From the human T2T-CHM13v2.0 reference genome, Homo sapiens: 64,000 nt of DNA. Under the pieces are notes generated by a model, which was not told where the DNA came from, made no database searches, and worked only from the letters and a program-made list of their open reading frames with translations. Below, in pieces: positions 52,827-64,000 of the stretch. The DNA is taken from assembly GCF_009914755.1 (NCBI RefSeq), contig NC_060936.1. One strand, given 5' to 3'. Position numbers and translations under genes: made by a program. Position 1 is the first letter of the stretch; the number at the start of each line of letters is the position of its first letter.

Positions 52827-53484
52827 TATATCCCTATTATTCCAGTTTTATCTGGAACCTTTTGTATTTGAATATATTAGGAAAATAAAAATATTTTTTA
52901 ATTTATATAAAGGTATATATAGTAAGGATATATATCCCCATCATTTCAGTTTATTTGGAAACCTTTCGGTTCTGTGTTTGTTTATAAATACACACAAAAC
53001 TTAGTGTGTAATAATGTACTTGCAAAATGCTTTACAATTTATTGTCTTCAATGATATATTTTGCTCTGAAAGATAAATTACAGCTTTGGAAAGATATAGA
53101 ACAATGTCAGGATAAAGAAGAGAAGGGGGAAGAAAAATAAATTCTTTAACAAAATCAAAACAAATTTTTAAAAATTTTCGACAAGGGAAACATTTCTTTC
53201 AAATTAACCTCTAAGAGAAACTTGGTCAATATTTTATATTCTGGATTTACACTAACATTGGGGATCTGAGGGTGTCTTCCCTGCTAATTTAACAAACTTG
53301 CGATTGACTACCAAAGAGCTACCCTGTGGATAAGAAGAAGTGCAGGCAGAATTTCTAGTGTTTATTATAACTGGTAAGCAAAAAGATAATTTCTAAACAA
53401 AAAACTGAAAAGACCAGTTTTTAATTTACTATTGATTATTTAATTAAATTCCTGGTAAATTGTTTAGTATTTAAAATATGTTTT

Positions 53485-53843
<359 letters not shown>

Positions 53844-55036
53844 TTATTTATCCAAAAAAACCTCAGTAAACTATTATGTAGACCAATCAAGTGCAAATAA
53901 GATTAAAACTTTTCCCTATTTTAAATGTTATTGAGTGATTTAAAATAAAATGATAATTTCTGAGCATAGTACAAGTAATTACAGACTATGCACAAAAAAA
54001 CTAAAGATTAAGAAACTAGATTGTCTGACAGTAGCTGTTTTTTCTCCTCTGAAATTGAATAGCTGTGAGTTGAAATAAAATACTTGGTTGTAAGATTTTA
54101 TTCATATGCATTGCAATTTAAAACTTAGTCCCCTATCAGTATTTGTTATAGTGACCCCTCAAATTAGAAGACAACCAAAAATACAAAGAAAATTTTTATC
54201 TTTAACATATTTTTAAAGTTTCTGTAAATTGTATATTAAACTCTGGACAGATTTCTTAAATGGTAACTGAAATTTTTGAGTCAGAGCCATATTCTTAGAA
54301 AAAAAATTATGCTTAATGTTAGAATGGGGCATACTCCTGCCTCATGATTTTAGGCAAGATTCTACATGGTGCTTAACTCCCTTAAGTTATTGAATCTGAG
54401 CTTGCTTTAGTGACTAAGCACCAGCATCTAAAGAGATCGTTATCATTTAAACAGAGCTTTCCCATATGTTGATTTCTACAACTGACGAAGTTGGATAAAG
54501 CAACTTTCATCCCTCTATTGAGAATTAGATCCTTGGAATGGTTTTCATGTCAAATCAGTAACTGACTTAATTGAATATAACATTTTGTTACCTTTGTGGC
54601 CAAACTTGGTTTACCAGATCAAAAACTATATTTATTGTAATATATTATATATTTCATCCTTTTGGTGTTTCCATCATAAATTGAAGCCTGAAAAGTACTC
54701 AAAGGTCTATTTGATGCTTTTCTTCAAAGGGCTGGATTAGTGTACGGCCTTGAAATATATAGTTAGTAAAGTTTATAGCAATTTTTTAAAAGAGCTAGCC
54801 TGGTGAACTAGGAAGAATACTGAACTGAGTCAGAATTACCATGTTCTTATACTATTTCAGCCACTGAATGGCCGTCTCTCCTTTGAAAAAACAATTTCTT
54901 TGAACTTCATGTATCTCGTATCTCACCTACATATGTCTTGCTGTCTTAACAGCAAATGAGATAGAATGTAGAAAAATGCTCTGAAACAAAAGAGTTTATT
55001 CATGTAAGTTTCACTTATTTTATCTCTATCTTGCAG

Positions 55037-55189
55037 TTAATCCAGGAAGATATTCTTGATACTGGAAATGACAAAAATGGAAAGGAAGAAGTCATAAAGA
55101 GAAAAATTCCTTATATTCTGAAACGGCAGCTGTATGAGAATAAACCCAGAAGACCCTACATACTCAAAAGAGATTCTTACTATTACTGA
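55037..55189 (+). CDS. NTS: NTS exon 4 coding part: neuromedin N (KIPYIL, 55103-55120) and neurotensin (QLYENKPRRPYIL, 55127-55165)
   Basis: atcttgcag| LIQEDILDTGNDKNGKEEVI-KR-KIPYIL-KR-QLYENKPRRPYIL-KR-DSYYY-TGA; four exons total 513 nt = 170 aa + stop; dibasic convertase sites. Confidence 0.98.
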   Translation, partial: LIQEDILDTGNDKNGKEEVIKRKIPYILKRQLYENKPRRPYILKRDSYYY

Positions 55190-55357
55190 GAGAATAAATC
55201 ATTTATTTACATGTGATTGTGATTCATCATCCCTTAATTAAATATCAAATTATATTTGTGTGAAAATGTGACAAACACACTTATCTGTCTCTTCTACAAT
55301 TGTGGTTTATTGAATGTGATTTTTCTGCACTAATATAAATTAGACTAAGTGTTTTCA

Positions 55358-55363
55358 AATAAA
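55358..55363 (+). terminator. NTS: NTS proximal polyadenylation signal
   Basis: AATAAA followed about 20 nt later by GU-rich tgtgttgtgt; consistent with the known short/long NTS mRNA pair. Confidence 0.7.
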
Positions 55364-55777
55364 TCTAAATCTTCAGCATGATGTGTTGTGTATAATTGGA
55401 GTAGATATTAATTAAGTCACCTGTATAATGTTTTGTAATTTTGCAAAACATATCTTGAGTTGTTTAAACAGTCAAAATGTTTGATATTTTATACCAGCTT
55501 ATGAGCTCAAAGTACTACAGCAAAGCCTAGCCTGCATATCATTCACCCAAAACAAAGTAATAGCGCCTCTTTTATTATTTTGACTGAATGTTTTATGGAA
55601 TTGAAAGAAACATACGTTCTTTTCAAGACTTCCTCATGAATCTCTCAATTATAGGAAAAGTTATTGTGATAAAATAGGAACAGCTGAAAGATTGATTAAT
55701 GAACTATTGTTAATTCTTCCTATTTTAATGAATGACATTGAACTGAATTTTTTGTCTGTTAAATGAACTTGATAGCT

Positions 55778-55783
55778 AATAAA
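55778..55783 (+). terminator. NTS: NTS distal polyadenylation signal
   Basis: AATAAA followed by CA at ~55799 and U-rich downstream sequence. Confidence 0.75.
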
Positions 55784-56389
55784 AAGACAACTAGCCATCA
55801 AAATCATATGTTTCTCTACAGATTTAGTTCTTTATAGAGGTACTTTTTATATAATTTTTCCCCTTTTGCATTTTGATCTAGTAAATAATAGTTTTACTTT
55901 TAACTTCACTGAGATATTTGTGTGACTAACATTTTTCTCAATTGGGAGGACATATTTGAGGCAAAAGCTATGCTTGAAATAACACCTTTAAATTTTCTTT
56001 AAGATCACACATACGGTGTCTGAAGCCCTCAAAGCCTTTGCAAGTCATCATTAGTAGTGACTTTCTTGACTCTTTCTTTTATAGTGGTCTAGGAAGTCCT
56101 CTCCTCACAAGGCTGCAACTTATCCCACAGTCATCTATGCAGGATAAATCAGATCTTGAGTTGTTCTAGTATTAAGAAGCCTTTACAACTCCATATCCCT
56201 TTGAGAATATTGTCCCTCCCTGAGGATTAATATTACTCTTGAAAGAAGTTAAATCTATAGATCTCTGAGATTTTCTTGTAAAATCACAACTTCTCATTAC
56301 TACTACCCCACCATCTCTTACCATCCCATTAGTCTCATAATTGAAAGTGCCCGAAGTCCTGCTTATAAGAAGGAAGCTATTTCATAATG

Positions 56390-56610
56390 ATTAAAAGTGT
56401 CTTCTCTGCAGCTAGAATGCCTAGATTCAGCTCCATTATGCACTAAGCAGTATTGGACAACTTACTTAGCCTCCTTGTTTATTGAATCATAAAATGTAGA
56501 CAACAATCAGGTTTGCAGGAGGATGATATGAGCTGATATATATATATATATATACATATAAAATGCTTAGAATGATGCCTTGAATATATTAATAACACAC
56601 TAACAGTTAT
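56390..56610 (+). mobile_element. MIR with internal (TA)n
   Basis: ttggacaacttacttagcctc; taaaatgcttagaatgatgcc. Confidence 0.6.
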
Positions 56611-56899
56611 TAGTAGTAACAGTAGTGCCAACTTTCCCATAAGAAAGTACTCATCAGATGATATACTTCCCTGTTTACTTCATTAGTTAACAAAAGTTCA
56701 AATCTACTAGGTCATACATCATCATCAAAACTCTGTTCTAAGCCAACACCCACTCTTTTCCAACCCTTTAAATCCTTTCATTGGTTATTCTATGAAATTC
56801 ATGGTCATTGTTTTCTTAATAGCTTTTTCAATGCCTGACTGACTTTTACAATATGTGGTAACATTATCTGGAAGTGAGGTATGTATTCTGGTCACTACT

Positions 56900-58030
56900 A
56901 TACCATTTTTCCTTTCCCTTTTAAAAACTATGGATTATTTGAAATATAGGGCATAAGACAATTTCATCTACTGTGTTTTGAATAATTATTGTTCTCTCAG
57001 TTTCTGAACATCTTCACCTCCAATAACGAACATTTAACCTTTTCATATCAACCAGTCACTTCCATGGTCATATCACAGAACACTTCACTACCAATAAATT
57101 CATTCTTTTCAAAATCTCATTTTCAAGCACTCTATTCTGGAAACATCATCTTGTTTCTCCAGTTCACATAAGCTAGTACTCTCACTACAGCATCTATGAT
57201 TCTGCCCAACCCATTGTCCCACGTCTTTTTACTCTTCGTCTTCTAATTATGACCTTATCTTCCTCTTTAGTTAGCTTACTTTGCTCCAAAATTAAAATGA
57301 CTCCCTTGTTACCCTCAACCCTCTGTGTTAAATCATATAAGTTTCAAAACATTAGCAGTTAAACTTAAATCTCTCCTGATTCTGACCTCACTGAAAAAGC
57401 TTAAGATAACTGAAAGAAATTGTTCAGCCTTGTTGAAAACCACACTTAAAATTTTTAATCACAAATCTCAGGTGGATCCTTATTATTGCCCAGAATTCCT
57501 GTTACATTTGTCTAATAAATTTCACTTCTGATTCTCAGTGATGATTGTTTCATACCCTTTCTTCTTTGAATTCCAACATTTTTCATTCTCCTAACTTCAT
57601 TTGATGACTTTTCAATTATTTCTCCAAAAATTAAAAACAATAAGAAAACATTTTTTATCATTCTTCCCTCTCTATCAAGTATAACCATCTCCCTGCATCT
57701 AACTTTCATTCTTTTTCTCCCCTTCCATTTTGATGGAAGAACTTTTTCTTTTCTTATCAGGGGCACCTCTTCATGTCTCCTTCTCAGTAAATGGCCCTAA
57801 TCCCTGCTCAGGCTAAAAATCTAATAGTCATTCTTAATTTATTCTTTTAATATACATCTCCCATTTTGTCCACTAAGAAGTTTTGTTGGCTTTGCCTTCA
57901 AAATACATCTTAAACCTGTGTCTTGTCACATTCACTATTACTATCGTAAGCCACCATATTTCCCTCTGAACTATGGCCCTTTCTTCCCAGCTTCACACCC
58001 CGGTATCAATTTCATTCATCTATATCCACA
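56900..58030 (+). mobile_element. LINE-2 fragment
   Basis: tgctcaggctaaaaatctaatagtcattctt; ttttgttggctttgccttcaaaatacatct. Confidence 0.55.
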
Positions 58031-58044
58031 TAGCATATACCTTT

Positions 58045-58562
58045 TTACAAATTTTGATTTACTTCTTCATTGGTACACAGTAAATACACATATTTTCTGG
58101 GTACATGTGATAATTTAATACATTCATATAATTTGTAAAGAGCAAATCAGTGTAATTAGGATGTCCACCACCTTAAATATTTTTCTTTATACTAGAAACA
58201 TTTGAATTATTCTCTTCTGGTATTTTGAAATATACAATAAACTATTGCAAGCTATAGTCATCCTACTGATCTATCAAACACTAGGTCTTATTTTATTTAT
58301 CAAATTGTATGTTGGTGCCCATTTATTATTTTTAATTAATCTCTTTATCTCCCCCTCCCCCTACCCTTCCTGGCCTCTGGTAACCACCAATCTACTGTCT
58401 ATGTTTATGAGATCCACTTTTTTAGCTGCAACATCTTAAGGAGAAAATGCAAATTTGTCTTTCTGTGCTTGGCTTATTTCATTTACATAATGACCTCCTG
58501 TTCCATCCATGTTGTTGCAAATGACAGGATTTGATTCTTTTTTATGACTGAATAATATTTGT
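58045..58562 (-). mobile_element. L1MA-type 3' UTR fragment
   Basis: tttctgtgcttggcttatttcattt; ccatccatgttgttgcaaatgacaggatt. Confidence 0.8.
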
Positions 58563-58570
58563 ACGCTACC

Positions 58571-58657
58571 TTTTTTTTTTTGGAAGGAGTCTTGCTCTGT
58601 TGCCCAGGCTGAAGTGCAATGGCACTGGTGATCCACCCACCTCAGCCTCCCAGAGTG
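58571..58657 (-). mobile_element. Internally deleted, 5'-truncated Alu remnant
   Basis: poly(T)-ggagtcttgctctgttgcccaggctgaagtgcaatggca fused to ggtgatccacccacctcagcctcccagagtg. Confidence 0.8.
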
Positions 58658-59579
58658 CACACTACCTTTCTTTTTAGAGGCATAAATTAAATTATGCCAC
58701 ACACCCCATCTCAAAATCCCACAGTGGACTTCTGATATATATATATCAATAGAAGTCTCCAAAACTGAAAAGCAAAGAAAATAAAGACTGAAAAAACGTG
58801 GAACAGAATATTCAATAACTGTAGAACAACTATAGAAATGTAACTTATGAATAGGGGGAAAACCAAAGGAAGAAGAAAAAGAGAAAAGAAGAGAAGAAAT
58901 ATTTGAAACAACAATAATTGAGAATTTCCCCAAATTATTGTCAGATATCAAAACACAGATTCACCAAGCAGGATAAATGGAAAAGGAAAGGAAAAGGAAA
59001 GGAAAAATTTTCAAATTAAATACAATCAAAGATGAAGAAAGAAACCCAAAAAAGAATCCCAAAAAATGACACAAGAGAAATAAACACCTTGCCTGTAGAA
59101 GAGCAAAGAATCACATCTGACACCCTCAGAAACCAGGTTAGCAAGAAGATAATGAATGAAAATATTTAAAGTGTTAAGAGAAAAGAAATCATCAACCTAG
59201 AATTTCTTACCCCATTAAGCTACCTTCAAAAGTAAATGGGAAATAAAGATCTCAGACAAATATTGAAAAAAATGTGTTGCCAGTAGCCCTGCATTGCTAG
59301 AAATGTCAAAGGAAGTTCTTTAGGCAGAGGGAAAATGATATCAGTCAGAAACTTTGATCTATATAAGAAAAGAAGAGCATAAATGAATAAATAATAATGG
59401 TACATAACATAAAAACTACTACTTTTTTATTTTTAATTGATCTGTCAGATAATAGTTTGTTCAAAATTATAATAATAACAATGCATCCAAATATGTATGT
59501 ATATGCTTATGTGTAAGTGAAATGAATGCCAGCAATGATACAAAAGATGAAAGAAAGAAATTAGGATTGCTTTGTTCTT

Positions 59580-59900
<321 letters not shown>

Positions 59901-60419
59901 GATTGCTTTGTTCTTATAAGGCACTCACATTACCTATGAAGCAGTAGAATGTTATTTGAAAATGAACTTGAGTTGGTTGTAAATATATACTGTAAACTCT
60001 AAGACAACCACTAATAGAGAAAAAAAAACAACACATACAATACATACAATTAATACACTAAAAGGAGGAGCAAATACAATAATATAAAATTCTCAATTAA
60101 AACCAAAAAAGGAAAAAAATTGTGAAAAATTTAAAAAGCAGGAACAAAAATAGAAAACAGTACAAATATAATAGATATTAACCCAACCATATGAATAATC
60201 ATTTTAAATGTCCATGGTCTAAATGAATCATTTAAATGATAGATATTGTCAGAGTGGATCCAAAAAACATGACCCAACCGTATGTTATCTATGAGAAACC
60301 CATTTAAAATATAAAGACACGTATAGATTAAAAGTAAATTGATAGTAATTATATAATATGCTAACACTACTGACAAGAAAGCAGGAGTAACTATAGTAAA
60401 TTTAGATAGAGCAGACTTT

Positions 60420-60730
60420 GTGAAAGTAATATGCATACATTTAATAGAAACCATACTTTGAGTAGCCATACAACCATTCTGTTTTTCCACTGTCAGTATG
60501 GTGTTCAAAAAATTATATAAGAATTTCAGCACTTTATTAGAAAATAGGCTTTGTGTTAGAAGATTTTGCCCAGGCCAGGCTAATGTAACTGTTCTGTGTA
60601 CATTTAAAGCAGGCTAGGATAAGCTGATATTTATTAGGTTAAGGGTATTAAATGCATTTTCAACTTATGATATTTTCCATTTATGATGAGTTTATTGGGA
60701 TGTACCACATTGTAAGTTCAGGATCATCTA
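60420..60730 (-). mobile_element. MER47A-like (Tigger-family MITE), one end truncated
   Basis: catacaaccattctgttttt; aaataggctttgtgttaga; attaaatgcattttcaacttatgatattt; terminus tgtaagttcaggatcatcta+ta. Confidence 0.75.
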
Positions 60731-61716
60731 TAGCTGCAATGGAAAGAAATGGATTTGTAAAATATGAAAAGAACTAATATAAACTGCAATTTGCACGTAG
60801 GAAGAAAGAATAAACAAAAGATACTGAGATTATTTTAATATTTCAAGTTAGGAAGATTATTCTTTATATTTGTGCTGTTTGAGATGTTGCCACTAAGATA
60901 GTCTGAGCTATGTAAAAGTTGAATTTAAATTCTGATTTTTGCCATTCTAACCTCATTCATTTGAAGCCTGAAGGCTTCCAATCAAACACAGACTTTTATC
61001 CAAATTTTGTTGAAAATTTTTATACTGTATGAAATATCTGTTTTAAACACCCACCTCAGGAGAAATAACAATATTTATAATATAATTTATAAAATCAAAT
61101 GTCCTATGTTTCTAGAATTTTCTTCACATTTCTCTTATTGCAGGAGTAGCTATAGTAAATTTACACAGAACAGACTTCACAACATAATAAGTTATCAGAA
61201 ACAGAGTTCTTATGTAATGATAAAGGAATCAATTCTTCTAATAGACATAACAATCCTTTACCTGCGTGTACGAATATTTTTCAACATTTGAAAAACAATT
61301 CATGTAATTTATCACATTGACAGGTTAAAAAAGAAAAATCCCATGTTCATATTAGTACATGAAGAAAAACATTTGACAAAATACAGGAATCATTCATGAT
61401 TAAAACTCTCAGTATACGAGGAATAGAGGGGTTCATCCTCAGTGTGATATGGAATATCCACAAAAAACCTATAGCTAACCGTATACTTAATGATAAGAAA
61501 CTAGCAGCTTCCCCACTAAGATCAGGAATAAGGCAAGGATGTCTCCTCTCTCACTGCTTTTCAACATCCTACTTTTGTTTTATTGTACATATTATTTATA
61601 GTAATTTTTTAAAGTAGATATTAAGAATATTTTACAGGTAAGAGAACTGAGTCTCCAGAGAGATTAAGTCACTTGCCCAATTTCAAACTGAGTGGTAGTA
61701 TAAGAACCTGAATTCA

Positions 61717-62036
<320 letters not shown>

Positions 62037-62837
62037 ATTCAAAGTCAAGTGTGTTTACCTTGTTGCTATGCTGCTGTGTGTTTTAGTAGAATACACCATT
62101 GGCAACATACCTGAGTTTTAAATGGTGAGCTTCCATATTTGAAATTCTGTATGAATAAGAATGAAAAAATATTTAACTAGATTCTTTTGACAGATGAAAA
62201 ACACAAACACAGCATCCCTGAAAATGAAATTTTCAATGATTTGGTATTAATTTGCTAATTATATAAGTAATCAAATTAAGCATTTCGCTACATTCTCATT
62301 TTTTTATCATGTACATATTAGTAACTGAATGAAGAAAAAATTATGTTAAGACTTTAGAACATTATCTTTCAAATATGTTTCTTTTATTACAGATACATTT
62401 CTTTTGTTTCTCCCATGAATAAACTCATGTTTTCTATGCAAAATATAATAATTAAAAGTCATACTGAAATTGCAACAAAGTTTTAAATTTATGTTATATT
62501 TTTATACATATGCTACAACAAATATAAAAATTATCTTACTTTTTTAACAGCTGAAAAGGTTAGCTACTATTCATCCCCACTTATTTGCATATGAAAAAAT
62601 AATTCGGCTTTTTATGTAATGTTTATTTAATATTAGTATTATAAATTAATATTATTTGTGAAATACAATAATTGGTATTATAAAACACATGTCTCTTTCA
62701 AAATCTTGAATTTTAAAAATGTATTCAGAAAGTTTTCAAAAATTCAGTACTCATGCTTGCTTTTTATCTCCTGTGGATATGTATTACAAATAAACAAACT
62801 TGATACTTCTCAGAAAACAAATAACAGAACAATAGAA

Positions 62838-63455
62838 AACATTCTTTGGGAAACGGTATGGAGATTTCTCAGAGAACTAAAAATAGAACTATCCTTTGAT
62901 TCAGCAACTCTGCTCCTGGGTATCTGCCCAAAGGAAAAGAAATCCTTATATCAAAAAGATACTTGTATGTTTATCTCAGCACCATTCACAATAGCAAAGA
63001 TATGGAATCAACCTAACTGGCCATCAACGGATGCCTGGATGAAGAAAACGTGGTATATACACAATGGAATACTACTCAGCCATGAAAACAATGAATCATG
63101 TGCTTGCAAGCAACATGTGTGGAACTGGAGGGCATTATGTTAAGTAAAACAATTCAGAAACTGAAAATCAAATATTGCATGCTCTCACTTGGAAGCAGGA
63201 ACTAAATCATGTGTACACATGACGTGGAGTGTGAAATGATAGACATTGGAGACTTGGAATGGTAGAGAGGTGGTAGGAGAGTGACTGATGAGAAATTATT
63301 TAACAGGTATGATATACATTATTTAGGAGATGGATACAGTGAAAGCCAAGACTTCACCACTGTACAATATATGCATAGTGCACATATACACATGATAAAA
63401 ATATACAAAATTGCACTTGTACTTCTGAAATTTATATAGATTTAAAAAACAAAGA
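62838..63455 (+). mobile_element. L1MA/L1PB-type 3' end
   Basis: ORF2 C-terminal remnant (VWRFLRELKIELSFDSATLLLGICPKEKKS...AKIWNQP) and 3' UTR. Confidence 0.85.
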
Positions 63456-63868
63456 AAGATGCTTACAAACAAACAAACAAAAACTACTCTTAAAGATCAA
63501 GGCTACCACCAGACCAAATTTTTAATAAGATGTCATTTCCTCCCAGTGGATAGGATACAGCCCTGTGTCTATGTGCACAGCTAGGCCAGCAGAGCATGGA
63601 CAATATTTTATCTTCCACCATTCTCTCTTCTGGAAACCCTTGTGCTGAGCACACCTTGCCCACGTAGGCACTGGCAAGGCTAAAGAACTTAAAAGTAGTT
63701 GCTAATTCAAATATCAACTGGATACTAATTTGAGCCTTAAGTTACACTAACAGAAAAAAAGAAGTCCTCTTCTGAAAGTTTGGCATTTAGTGTTGAATCA
63801 TTATTAACTCTGATTAAATTTACTCAAGTGACAGATTATATTTTTTAAAAATCTTAATTGGAAATATT

Positions 63869-64000
63869 CCGTGCACGGTGGCTCACACCTGTAATCCCAG
63901 CAATTTGGGAGGCCTAGGCGAGCAGGTCACCTGAGGTCAGGAGTTCGAGACCAGCCTGATCAACATGGTGAAACCCCATCACTACTAAAAATACAAAAAT
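63869..64000 (+). mobile_element. AluS left arm (cut by window edge)
   Basis: gtggctcacacctgtaatcccagc...cacctgaggtcaggagttcgagaccagcctg. Confidence 0.9.

Overview
Human genomic DNA (a human-specific AluYb8 is present, and both proteins match the human sequences as I recall them), consistent with the RASSF9-NTS locus on 12q21. The window holds two divergently transcribed genes. RASSF9 is on the - strand: coding exon 1 at 8792-8838 (MAPFGRNLLKTRHKN-R), with intron 1 running off the left edge. The neurotensin/neuromedin N gene NTS is complete on the + strand: four coding exons at 47041-55189 give a 170-aa precursor, with a TATA/CRE promoter and several poly(A) signals. Nearly everything else is interspersed repeat: Alus, a full-length L1PA8-like element, older L1M/L2/MIR, MER52/THE1/MLT1 LTRs, Tigger2, MER47 and MADE1. 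The ORF-track entries outside the exons are repeat-derived or chance ORFs. I found no new protein-coding system. Four structures are not explained by standard annotation. (1) A ~335-bp inverted duplication of an L1-Alu-MER52 junction is inserted ~1 kb away inside the same LTR, in a four-level nested repeat stack. (2) NTS intron 3 carries a composite: a ~105-bp tandem duplication whose first copy has grown a ~1.07-kb quasi-palindromic AT VNTR and gained a MADE1, while the second copy preserves the empty site, all bracketed by 46-bp inverted arms. (3) Two consensus cryptic splice donors abut a (UG)n tract right after RASSF9 exon 1. (4) A ~720-bp captured fragment flanked by a 38-bp duplication sits in an old L1. 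Repeat subfamily names come from recalled consensus motifs and are approximate.
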